The position numbers and the translations under genes are program-made. A DNA stretch of 43,482 bases, taken from assembly GCA_038279365.1 (NCBI GenBank), contig JAYODI010000051.1, forward strand, positions 1 through 43,482. Direction: 5' to 3'. Within the stretch, counting starts at the first letter, position 1; each line of letters opens with the position of its first letter. Under the pieces are notes generated by a model. The model saw nothing but the letters and a program-made list of their open reading frames with translations, made no database searches and had not been told where the DNA came from. The DNA comes from Candidatus Latescibacterota bacterium. GTDB taxonomy: Bacteria; Latescibacterota; UBA2968. Of the stretch, positions 8,253 to 17,341 are shown in pieces.

Positions 8253-10208
8253 CTATTGTTTCAAGTTTACTGTTTCTGCCAAAATCTGATCAGTGGTCGT
8301 CACAATACGTGCATTGGCTTGAAAACCACGTTGTGAAGTAATCAATTCCGTAAACTCTTGCGCCAAGTCCACATTTGATAATTCCAATGATTCGGCAACA
8401 ATAACCGACTCAATGGTTTGACCAGCAATTTCAATCAAAGGATTTCCCGTATTTTCCGTTTCAGAAAATAGGTTGCCACCCAAACGGCGCAAACCACCTT
8501 CATTTTTAAAATTGGCCAAGTTAATACGTGCCATATTCAACGTTTCACCATTGGTAAAGCGACCCTCAATCACACCATCTGTACGAATAAACACGTTATC
8601 CAAGCGACCAGAGGCACGACCGTTTTGATCTACCACATCAGCCGTTGAAGGCGCAGAGAATTGTGTCAAACCGTTAATACCCCGTTCGGGTCTGGACAAA
8701 CCTGAAAAATCCATTCTTAAACCCTGCACATCACCATCTGGATTAAATTCGAGCAATGTCCCATCACCTTCAGTAGGTGTAAAAGAACGGATCGTTCCAT
8801 CTTCGTCAAAAACAACGATTCCCGATCCAGCAGCTGTTGGAATCTGGTTGTCAATGGTCAGGCTATATGCCCACTTATTTGCAACCGGCGATTCTGACAA
8901 GGTAATATTCATCACATGTTTACGACCTTGAGAATCGAAAATGGTCGTACTAATTTTATGTGTCTGCAAAGAATCTGCCCCCACCAAACCACTCCCCGTG
9001 GCATCATCTTCGAGGGAAACATTAATGGTAAATCCACTAACAGATGCACCTGCACTGTCTATCAACTTAATCTTACCCGTTAAATCCACACCACCAGTTA
9101 CATTATCACCAAATGCATTGGCTACCGTGTCGGTAAAATCTTGCAAGGTTGAACCCGCAGCAGCCGTAAAAGTACCATTATAGGCAGTACCATCAGCACG
9201 GGTACCCGAAAACCTTAAAACATCGCCCACTTGTAAGGAAGAACCCACTTGGGACAAGGCATTGAGTTCTATTGCACCTGTCGCCACCGCACTGGCAGTA
9301 CCTGTTGTACCAAAGCCCAATGTAGCCAAAGCTGTTCCAGCACCCACATCAACAGCATTCAGTTGCACACTGGGACCACCAAATGCTGTTCGAAACTCAA
9401 CCGTACCAGCAGCGGCAGGGTTTTCTTGCGCAATCACTTTTCCTGCCAAACGGTCATTACCCGCAATGGCAGCATTTAAACCGTCTACATATTGTTGTGT
9501 CGTTTGATAGTTGGCGGCTGGCAACGTGATAATACCACCCGTAATTCCATCAGGCGTGGTAATATTTAATTCGATCTGTTGAGCCGTAATCACGCCCGGT
9601 GCTGCCCCCCCAGCAATGGTCGAAGCTGTGGCAAACTCCGTTCCCGTATCCAAAGAGGAAACTGGACCAGGATCAATATTGCCCGAAAGATTCACACGTG
9701 TAGTAGCCACACCAGGAATTTCTTGATTCAAATCCAGTTGCAAATTTTGCAAACCCGTTGTCGCACCAAATGAACCCTCATTATTGGCCAAGTTACCTTG
9801 CACCACCAAACCGTTTGATGGGTTGATCAATTGACCCAAAGCATCAAAAGCAAATCCACCATCACGTGTATAAAACCGATTAAGCCCATCGCTCAAAATG
9901 AAAAATCCATCTCCATCAATGGCCAAGTCCGTTCCACGACCCGTGCTCTGCAAACTACCTTGTGTAAACGTTGTATCAATACTTTTGAGCCGAACACCCG
10001 TACCTGCTTGTGATGGGTTTGTTCCCGAAACACCACCTTCTGGTCCCGTAGCTTCTTTAAGCGTTTGTGCAAGCTGATCTTCAAAACTTGCACGACGCGC
10101 TTTAAATCCATTGGTGTTAATATTTGCGATATTGTCAGCAACCACATTCGTGCGCGTTTGATGCGCTTGGATACCTGACAAACCTGTAAACAAAGAGTTG
10201 AGAGCCAT
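8253..10208 (-). CDS. flgE: Flagellar hook protein FlgE (long form, ~651 aa)
   Basis: N-terminal SL.TGLSG..ADNIANINTNGFK, TGRGTDLAIDGDGFF; C-terminal LELSNVDLAQEFTELITSQRGFQANAR. Start moved to ATG 10208, 8 nt after GGAGG. Confidence 0.96.
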   Translation of the reverse strand: MALNSLFTGLSGIQAHQTRTNVVADNIANINTNGFKARRASFEDQLAQTLKEATGPEGGVSGTNPSQAGTGVRLKSIDTTFTQGSLQSTGRGTDLAIDGDGFFILSDGLNRFYTRDGGFAFDALGQLINPSNGLVVQGNLANNEGSFGATTGLQNLQLDLNQEIPGVATTRVNLSGNIDPGPVSSLDTGTEFATASTIAGGAAPGVITAQQIELNITTPDGITGGIITLPAANYQTTQQYVDGLNAAIAGNDRLAGKVIAQENPAAAGTVEFRTAFGGPSVQLNAVDVGAGTALATLGFGTTGTASAVATGAIELNALSQVGSSLQVGDVLRFSGTRADGTAYNGTFTAAAGSTLQDFTDTVANAFGDNVTGGVDLTGKIKLIDSAGASVSGFTINVSLEDDATGSGLVGADSLQTHKISTTIFDSQGRKHVMNITLSESPVANKWAYSLTIDNQIPTAAGSGIVVFDEDGTIRSFTPTEGDGTLLEFNPDGDVQGLRMDFSGLSRPERGINGLTQFSAPSTADVVDQNGRASGRLDNVFIRTDGVIEGRFTNGETLNMARINLANFKNEGGLRRLGGNLFSETENTGNPLIEIAGQTIESVIVAESLELSNVDLAQEFTELITSQRGFQANARIVTTTDQILAETVNLKQ

Positions 10209-10230
10209 TGTTGGCGCCTCCATAAGCTGT

Positions 10231-10283
10231 CCGTTGCGTCAGTCGGTCGGCAACGGTGGGGCTTCCTTCACAGGTCCAGCCCC
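10231..10283 (-). ncRNA. Candidate structured cis-regulatory RNA element in the flgE leader (two adjacent hairpins)
   Basis: GGGGCU-GGA-CCU[GUGA]AGG-A-AGCCCC, then CCGUUGC[CGACCGACUGAC]GCAACGG ending 9 nt before the flgE Shine-Dalgarno; GC-rich island in an AT-rich spacer; no U-tract. Confidence 0.55.
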
Positions 10284-10365
10284 GGGGTGGTAAAATTGAG
10301 ACGTCTCATTCCTTCCCTGGTTTGAAAACATCCACAACAATTTATGTTTTTAACTTTTCCTTTTG

Positions 10366-10761
10366 CTACTTTGCAATCACAGCACTGTCAATATTGGTAA
10401 ACACATTGTCGTTCAAACGCTCACCATCTACTGCCGTAATCACCGTGCGATTTGCCACACTAACCACAAGTGCCAAATCATCGCCACTTGCAGCACCAGG
10501 CATCAACACCAGTGCATCACGTGCTCCTTTATCTGCAGCACGGTTTACTGCATCATTTAACTTTTCAAGTGATTCTGCAGAAAGTTGTATGTCGCGATCA
10601 TTCAGACGGTTTTGAGCATGTGCCGAAAAATGTAATTTTTGATTCTTCTGCAAATGTTGCAGAATATCAGTAAACGATGCAGATCCTTTTGGCGGAATGG
10701 GCGTTTGGCGTCCCAAACTGGGGTCAATAGGAAGTCCGCCCGTATTTTGAATGCGTTCCAT
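10366..10761 (-). CDS. TIGR02530-family flagellar operon protein
   Basis: LHFSAHAQNRL..RDIQL..L..AV.RA..KGARDALVLM..ALVVSV.NRTVITA.D....NVFTNIDSAVI; typical position between flgD and flgE. Start at ATG 10761 with GGAG RBS. Confidence 0.88.
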   Translation of the reverse strand: MERIQNTGGLPIDPSLGRQTPIPPKGSASFTDILQHLQKNQKLHFSAHAQNRLNDRDIQLSAESLEKLNDAVNRAADKGARDALVLMPGAASGDDLALVVSVANRTVITAVDGERLNDNVFTNIDSAVIAK

Positions 10762-10765
10762 CGAC

Positions 10766-11452
10766 TTACTCCGTTTGAGAAATACGTGCCACACCCGACA
10801 GCGGTGCCTCACCACCATCAAGGATCATGATTGGTTTGCCCTCTGCATACCGAACACCTGTTACCTTACCTTGTATTTGTGCCTGAATCGTGACAGCATT
10901 GCCTTCACCATTTACGGCCTTAGGCACAAAATAATATGTGCCAGCAGACAAATTTTGCCCCGAATCATTCTTGCCATCCCAAGCCAAGCTGTTATTACCT
11001 TCTTCTGGCGAATGATCAACAATGGTGCGAACCACATTGCCCTCATCATCAAAAATTTCAAGATCAACACGATTCGCAGGGCCACCCAAATTATATCCAA
11101 GTGGCACATTGCCTTTCCCGGTATACGACAAGGTATCGGTAGGCACTTCAACAGATTTCCCAATGAGAGAAACAGCCGTATTGCTTTCAACCGCCAGCAT
11201 AACGCCGCCCAAAGCTTCCGTATCTTCTTTTCCAGAAACAGCTTCATTGATAGACGTCAGTTGCTCCAAAGAACTAAATTGTGACAGCTGTGCCACAAAA
11301 TCTTCGTTCTTAACCGGCTCCATAGGATCTTGGTTTTGAAGCTGAACAGTAAGCAATCGCAAAAAAGCATCGCGTCCTAAATCTTCCTTTTGAACACTTT
11401 CTGTAATGGTTGCCGTTTGTTGTGGCGTTGAAGCAATATCAGAAATATTCAT
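10766..11452 (-). CDS. flgD: Flagellar hook capping protein FlgD
   Basis: FLRLLTVQLQNQDPMEP....FVAQLSQFSSLEQ plus FlgD-Ig domain (WDGKNDSG..LSAGTY). Start at ATG 11452 after AAGGAGG. Confidence 0.96.
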   Translation of the reverse strand: MNISDIASTPQQTATITESVQKEDLGRDAFLRLLTVQLQNQDPMEPVKNEDFVAQLSQFSSLEQLTSINEAVSGKEDTEALGGVMLAVESNTAVSLIGKSVEVPTDTLSYTGKGNVPLGYNLGGPANRVDLEIFDDEGNVVRTIVDHSPEEGNNSLAWDGKNDSGQNLSAGTYYFVPKAVNGEGNAVTIQAQIQGKVTGVRYAEGKPIMILDGGEAPLSGVARISQTE

Positions 11453-11480
11453 TTTTCCCACCTCCTTTCAATCTATGATT

Positions 11481-11639
11481 CAGCAATTTTTTTCCATCTT
11501 CCCTGAAGGTACAGCTCTTCTTCCCTGATTCTAAAACCAATTGCTGTGTAACGCCTCATCCCTGAGAAAAATGATCTATCCCTGATAAATTACGTTTACG
11601 TTGAAAACGAACAAGAGACTTCCTTATCTCCTGTTTTCA
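11481..11639 (-). promoter_or_regulatory. Array of ANGGAN motifs, several in hexaloop hairpins (CsrA/RsmA-type sites), in the fliK-flgD spacer
   Basis: TCAGGGA four times on the minus strand (+ strand TCCCTGA at 11500, 11522, 11559, 11579) and an AAGGAA hexaloop on the 9-bp stem ACAGGAGAU/GUCUCUUGU. Confidence 0.6.
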
Positions 11640-11654
11640 CCTGTCTTTTTAAGA

Positions 11655-14600
11655 TTAGGCCATAAAATCAACTTGCCCATCAGATGTTTGTCTTTGCCGC
11701 TTTTCAGCCTGATCCCATCGCGACTCAGAACGTGGTTGTTGACGTTGTTCACGGTTTTGAGAGCGATCTTCTAGACCTTCACGGAAGGCTTCACGATCTG
11801 CTTGATTACCACGGTCATTCACTGATACATCAATATTTTCAATCTGAATACCTTGCCCAGCCAAAGCATCACGCAAAGTGCTCAAATGACGTTGAACAAT
11901 TTCTTGTACTTTCTGGTTCTCAACAACAATTTCGCCCGAAACCTTCTGATCATGGCTCGACAAACGAATGGTCACTTCCCCCAACTCTTGCGGGTCAATA
12001 CGCATCGTTACTTCTGTGTTACCAGCACGCATCATCACACGCGCATTGCGAACAACCTGCTCGCCCACACCGTAGTGACGGTCAATCTGCTCAGATGGCA
12101 TGGTATCCAACTGACCTCTTGCAACTTCTGTGCCAGTGCCTTCGCGATGAACCATATCAATTCGCATTTCAGGATGTTCTGGCATACGTTCTATATTTTG
12201 TAATTCTGTGTCAACACGCTGTTCGATGTTGGGCAAGGCCATTTCTGGTTCAACAACACCACCAAATGCAACAGAAGCGGTATTGTCAGAGGAGTTACTT
12301 GGCGCAACAACGGGTTGATGCGGTGCGTTGTGTTGTTCTCGACCGGCACCATCATTTGTCTGAGAATCTGAAGAAATAATTGTAGAATTTTCCAAGCCTT
12401 CGGAAAATGTTTCAACATCTCGATCCAATTCATCCACAGAACGTTGTGCCTCATCATCAACCGCAGGAGCCTGTATGGGATGTGGCAAAACAGAATCTTG
12501 GGCAACTGGTTGTTGAGATTGTGTCACAACAGGTTGCTGCAAGTCAACTTTTTCTGAAACAACTTTGTGAGAAACTGTTTCTAACGGTTGTGAAAAGACC
12601 AAACGTGAAGTCTGTTTTGTTTCCGCAGGTTGAATCTCTTTGTTTGTAATCACATTTTCTGGCATGGCAACAGAGGGTGCTTGCTCAGACACCACAGACC
12701 GTTCCGTTGTCGTTTCCTCAGGCATCATAGGCACCTGAGAAATCCCATTCTCCACAGTTTCTATGGGGGTTTGTGGCAAAACAACGGGATTTATATCTGT
12801 ACCATTTTGCATTTCAGATGACGTCATTTGCTGAGAGGTATGCAGTGCGGAAGGCAATGGTAATGTTTGCTTGTTTTGAACTTCATCAACAATTGGTGAC
12901 TGAGGTAATACAACCGATTCATTTTGCATCTCAGAAAAACGACGTTGTTGTAGATCACCATTTTGCCCAATCGAAGACATCAACCCACGTTGGGGAGATG
13001 ATGGCATTTTCACCTGTGGTTGGGCCAAACCATTTTGCTCGAACGACTGCGATGGGGTTCCGATGGCCCCTCTTTCTGAGACCAATGGACGAACGTTTTC
13101 TTGAGAACGAGCACTACTCAAGACTGCCGATTCTGATACAGACTCACGGGACACACGATTAGGCTGTGCACCCAACAACTCTTGTTCTGACGAACGTGGC
13201 ACTTCTTGAGAACGAGCACTACTCAAGACTGCCGATTCTGATACAGACTCACGGGACACACGATTAGGCTGTGCACCTAATTCTGCTTTATCAAATGAAC
13301 GAGATGTTTCAGAAGAACGTGCAATTCCCAATACATCTGATTCGGATACGGACTCGCCAGAACCTGCGTCTAATTGGGTTCCCAAATCGACCGACTCATC
13401 TGAGCGAGACACCACAGAAGTGCGCGAAGTTTTCGACATATCAGGCTCTGGTACGGCCCCACGAGGTGTAAAATTAGATACGGCAATTTCACCACTTAGA
13501 TCCATCGCCATTTTTTGCCCAACAACTTGAGAGGTCTGATCAGATACCGTTCGAGATACATTTTGTTGTGAATGAGGTTGTGAAATAGGGGTTTGGCTCG
13601 GAATGACATCATTTTCAGATGCACGTTCCTGAACATCTTCCTCTTGAGATAAAATGGGTGTTTGGGGGCGTGACAAAGCGGGTGGCATCACTTGTTTTTC
13701 GGCACGCGCAGAAGCAAAGGATGAAACATTCACCCGATCTGTTATACTTTGCCTATTAACACTTCCAGAAACACGGTTTTCTACCAAAGGTTGAGGTGTA
13801 ACTTGTGGCTGATTTTGTCGAACGTCTCGCCCAAAAAACCGAGGTGTTTGTTCTACGTCAGCAAGATCCTTTTCCACAACACCAGCATCCACCGTTTTAT
13901 CCACTTGGACCAATTGATCAGACGGCAATATAGACTGCGTCTCTATGGGCGACTGTGCCACATATAAAGAACCATCCTGTCCATTCGCATTATGGGTGTG
14001 AATTGTCTCTTTCAAGGCCACAGACAATTCCGAATCAGATGCATCCTCTTCACTTAAAAAACGTGCCTGAGATTGAGTTTCAGATACCATATTTTGAGAC
14101 GATTCAATATCTATCTCGGCATCTTCGTCTGACAAGGCATCCAATACAAAACGCGGTTGTGAAACACCTTGCCCAACCTGCGCAACACCACCATTTGAAC
14201 CAACTGTTTTAGGTGTCTCACTTTGCAATAAAACCTCTGTCGATGGCGCGTTGTCAGTGCGTCTAAAAATGGGTAATGGTGAATCGGGGTCATCAGAAGC
14301 AAGATCTTCTAATGCAACAGTTGGCAATTCTCGTCTTGCGGATGCAAGCATATTTCTACCACCTTGCAAACGTCGATCAACCGCCAACAAATCATAAGGC
14401 GATACCCCCTGACGCACTTGTTCGCCATTGGCTTTTAGCGCCGCCCCAGATGCCTCAGATGCTGAAACAGGTGTTAACGAAACCATATCTTGTGCCACAT
14501 CTTCCAAACCAGTCTCGTCTAACAATGGTTTTCCCATCAGTGCAAATTCACCCGCCCCATCCTCCTCCCCTTCAACAGAAACAACAGGTACAAATTTGGC

Positions 14601-14894
14601 ACTTTGAGCCGACAATGGTGCAACCTGCGGCCCCTCCGCTTCAGGTACCAACACAGACATAATCTGTTTGGGTGTATCGCCACCAGATTCAGCGCCATCA
14701 AGCAAGTCTGCCATTAAAGCAGCAAGCTTGGGTCGCTCTGGCATTGGTAAGGCTGGGGCACCCTCAGCATCAAATTGATGCTGAGCGTTTTGCAACATAT
14801 CCCGAAAACCAGTACCAATATCGAGCAACCCTGAATGATCTGGCAACTGAACAGATGGTGCACCAGGTAATGGTTGCAAGGGTAAAAGAAACAT
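11655..14894 (-). CDS. fliK: Flagellar hook-length control protein FliK (very long, 1079 aa)
   Basis: Long S/Q/P/E-rich low-complexity region plus C-terminal FliK_C domain (VTMRIDPQELGEVTIRL...L.TLRDALAGQGIQIENIDV); directly upstream of flgD. Confidence 0.9.
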   Translation of the reverse strand: MFLLPLQPLPGAPSVQLPDHSGLLDIGTGFRDMLQNAQHQFDAEGAPALPMPERPKLAALMADLLDGAESGGDTPKQIMSVLVPEAEGPQVAPLSAQSAKFVPVVSVEGEEDGAGEFALMGKPLLDETGLEDVAQDMVSLTPVSASEASGAALKANGEQVRQGVSPYDLLAVDRRLQGGRNMLASARRELPTVALEDLASDDPDSPLPIFRRTDNAPSTEVLLQSETPKTVGSNGGVAQVGQGVSQPRFVLDALSDEDAEIDIESSQNMVSETQSQARFLSEEDASDSELSVALKETIHTHNANGQDGSLYVAQSPIETQSILPSDQLVQVDKTVDAGVVEKDLADVEQTPRFFGRDVRQNQPQVTPQPLVENRVSGSVNRQSITDRVNVSSFASARAEKQVMPPALSRPQTPILSQEEDVQERASENDVIPSQTPISQPHSQQNVSRTVSDQTSQVVGQKMAMDLSGEIAVSNFTPRGAVPEPDMSKTSRTSVVSRSDESVDLGTQLDAGSGESVSESDVLGIARSSETSRSFDKAELGAQPNRVSRESVSESAVLSSARSQEVPRSSEQELLGAQPNRVSRESVSESAVLSSARSQENVRPLVSERGAIGTPSQSFEQNGLAQPQVKMPSSPQRGLMSSIGQNGDLQQRRFSEMQNESVVLPQSPIVDEVQNKQTLPLPSALHTSQQMTSSEMQNGTDINPVVLPQTPIETVENGISQVPMMPEETTTERSVVSEQAPSVAMPENVITNKEIQPAETKQTSRLVFSQPLETVSHKVVSEKVDLQQPVVTQSQQPVAQDSVLPHPIQAPAVDDEAQRSVDELDRDVETFSEGLENSTIISSDSQTNDGAGREQHNAPHQPVVAPSNSSDNTASVAFGGVVEPEMALPNIEQRVDTELQNIERMPEHPEMRIDMVHREGTGTEVARGQLDTMPSEQIDRHYGVGEQVVRNARVMMRAGNTEVTMRIDPQELGEVTIRLSSHDQKVSGEIVVENQKVQEIVQRHLSTLRDALAGQGIQIENIDVSVNDRGNQADREAFREGLEDRSQNREQRQQPRSESRWDQAEKRQRQTSDGQVDFMA
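13098..13277. repeat. Exact 75-bp direct repeat (105-bp period) inside fliK
   Basis: 13098-13172 is identical to 13203-13277; encodes GAQPNRVSRESVSESAVLSSARSQE twice. Confidence 0.95.
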
Positions 14895-14984
14895 GGGACA
14901 ATCTCCAATTGGGGTGATTGGGGCTACAGGATGTTATGGGATGTTTTTTTAAATTTAATCTGTCAACAATACAACTAATGATAT

Positions 14985-15563
14985 CTATGGCCGTCTTTGA
15001 GCCGTTAGTCCTTCTACAAGCTGCCGAGACAAATCAGCCTTGCGTTGGTCATTTCCTAAGCTATTCAATATGCGTGCCGCTTGTCGTTGTTTAAGTTTGG
15101 GTAAAATATCCAACACCAGCTCATCGCTTAAACCGTCCATAATGGCAGCCGCATCTGCAGGACGCATGGCATCATATAATGCAACCATTTGTTCCAAACG
15201 CTCTTGTCGAGCAGCGACCTCATCTTGAGAACCTTCTTGATTTTTTTCTTCTAACAAAGTGACATCGCCACCCAATTCCATTTTGCGCTGTTCCAAACTG
15301 TCACGTTGTGACCGTAAATCTTCTACGTCTTGTTCAATTTCTTTTTTATGCTGTTGGAGCAACAACAAAGCATCTTGAACTTGTTCAATTTCGCCCGACT
15401 TAACCAATGCACTTTCAGCTCCAGGCATTTGCCCAGTCAACAAATCCGTTACTTCATCCATGCTTGTAACAACTTTAAGCGCAAAAAGCATCACCAAAGC
15501 AATGGCGGCAAAAGACAGTGTCATACCAATTAACAACAAAAACATGAGGGCTATTTTTTTCAC
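14985..15563 (-). CDS. MotE/FlbB/YlxF-like flagellar protein (TM, coiled coil, MgtE-N-like domain)
   Basis: N-terminal TM helix, coiled coil, LYDAMRPADAAAIM..L....VLDIL..LKQRQAARIL; typical fliJ-fliK position. Confidence 0.8.
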   Translation of the reverse strand: MKKIALMFLLLIGMTLSFAAIALVMLFALKVVTSMDEVTDLLTGQMPGAESALVKSGEIEQVQDALLLLQQHKKEIEQDVEDLRSQRDSLEQRKMELGGDVTLLEEKNQEGSQDEVAARQERLEQMVALYDAMRPADAAAIMDGLSDELVLDILPKLKQRQAARILNSLGNDQRKADLSRQLVEGLTAQRRP

Positions 15564-15574
15564 ACCTAATACTC

Positions 15575-16018
15575 CTATTCATACCATTTTCGGCGTGCAG
15601 CCAATTCATCCATCATCATTTGATCACGCTTGCGTTCGGCCTTTTGAAACATCTTATAATCTTGGGCCTTTAAATTTTCAAGTACTTGCCGTTCACGCAC
15701 GGCTTGTGCCAATTTTTCTCTTGTGGCATCCACAACCTTTTGAGCGTCTTTGATCCGCTTTTCAACGCCACGACATTGCTGATCCAAAACATCCAAATGC
15801 GTATTAATTTGCACCAGATCTGTTACATTAAGGCGTCCTTTTTGCAATTGTTTCAAATCTTGACGGCATCTCATCTGGAGATCAATAATGCGATTTCGCT
15901 CAGCTTGTTGAACACTCAACTTTGCAATGGCGCGTCCCAAATCTTGTTGTCGTTGTTCTTCCATGCGTTGCTTCGATTTCAAGACCGTTTCCAGTCGCCA
16001 TACAAAACGTTTTGCCAT
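15575..16018 (-). CDS. fliJ: Flagellar export chaperone FliJ
   Basis: F.WRLETVL..K...E, coiled coil, C-terminal ER.VLENLK..DQMMMDELA; follows fliI. Confidence 0.88.
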   Translation of the reverse strand: MAKRFVWRLETVLKSKQRMEEQRQQDLGRAIAKLSVQQAERNRIIDLQMRCRQDLKQLQKGRLNVTDLVQINTHLDVLDQQCRGVEKRIKDAQKVVDATREKLAQAVRERQVLENLKAQDYKMFQKAERKRDQMMMDELAARRKWYE

Positions 16019-16042
16019 AACACAATCCCATCCCGCAATCTA

Positions 16043-17341
16043 TTATTTGGCTAACAAACTCGCCATTTTGGATATGGTTTGATCGTATGGGGCTTGGTCT
16101 TGAATACCTTGCCGCAAAAATGTATTCACAGCATCTATACGATCAATTGCAAAATCAATTTTAGGATTATTGCCCTTTTGATAGGCACCAATATTGATCA
16201 AATCTGCAGCCTCGCGATATGTTGCCATCAAATCTTTAAGCCGATTGGCACACTCTAAGTGTTGCGATGTTGCCACCTCAGTCATCACACGGCTTACACT
16301 GTCGAGTGGATCTATGGCAGGATAATGACCCTGTGATTGCAAACGGCGTGACAACACAATATGACCATCCAAAATAGAGCGCACAGAATCGGCAATAGGA
16401 TCATCCATGTCATCGCCTTCAACAAGCACCGTATACAACCCAGTAATACTGCCACGAGCTCCCATACCAGCACGTTCGAGCAAGCGTGGTAATAAGGCAA
16501 AGGTCGATGGTGTATATCCACGCGTAGTAGGTGGCTCACCTATGGCCAACCCCACTTCTCGTTGTGCCATCGCCACACGGGTGACCGAATCCATCATCAT
16601 TAAAACATCTTTTCCCAAATCGCGAAAATGTTCAGCAATCGTTGTTGCCACTTGTGCAGCCTTAATGCGCACCAAAGCGGGTTGATCTGATGTGGCCACC
16701 ACCACCACAGATCTTGCAAGTCCTTCTTCTCCCAAGTCGCGCTCTAAAAAGTCGCGTACTTCTCGACCGCGTTCACCCACCAGTGCAATCACATTGATAT
16801 CGGCTTTTGCTTGTCGAGCAAGCATGCCCAACAACACACTTTTCCCCACACCACTCCCCGCAAAAATACCAGCACGCTGTCCTTTGCCACACGTAATCAA
16901 ACTGTCAATCGCCCGAATGCCCGTGGCAAGCGGTTCTGTAATGCGTTGCCGAGACATAGGGTCGGGCGGGTTGCCAGCAATAGCGCGTTTTTGATCGGCC
17001 CATAAAGGACCTTTGCCATCTATGGGCTCACCCATCGCATTGAGCACTCGCCCCAGCAAAGCATTGCCAACACGCACTGTAATAGGCTCATCGGTTGCCA
17101 CCACGCGACTGCCTGGTGCAATGCCATCCATATTTCCCAATGGCATCATCAACACACGGTTATCGCGAAAACCAACCACCTCAGCCAAAACCGTTTTTTC
17201 ACCTTCGATACGACAGCACTCACCAATAGACACAGATGGCCCAGTTGCCTCAATAACCAAGCCCACCACCTGGCTCACACGCCCACCTAACCGAATGGAA
17301 TCGGTATTTTTTGTCGTCTCTATGAGTTGTGCCACATTCAT
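16043..17341 (-). CDS. fliI: Flagellar export ATPase FliI
   Basis: GIFAGSGVGKS Walker A, GERGREV, MDSVTR, GEPP.TRGY, ILDGHIVLSR. Confidence 0.97.
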   Translation of the reverse strand: MNVAQLIETTKNTDSIRLGGRVSQVVGLVIEATGPSVSIGECCRIEGEKTVLAEVVGFRDNRVLMMPLGNMDGIAPGSRVVATDEPITVRVGNALLGRVLNAMGEPIDGKGPLWADQKRAIAGNPPDPMSRQRITEPLATGIRAIDSLITCGKGQRAGIFAGSGVGKSVLLGMLARQAKADINVIALVGERGREVRDFLERDLGEEGLARSVVVVATSDQPALVRIKAAQVATTIAEHFRDLGKDVLMMMDSVTRVAMAQREVGLAIGEPPTTRGYTPSTFALLPRLLERAGMGARGSITGLYTVLVEGDDMDDPIADSVRSILDGHIVLSRRLQSQGHYPAIDPLDSVSRVMTEVATSQHLECANRLKDLMATYREAADLINIGAYQKGNNPKIDFAIDRIDAVNTFLRQGIQDQAPYDQTISKMASLLAK

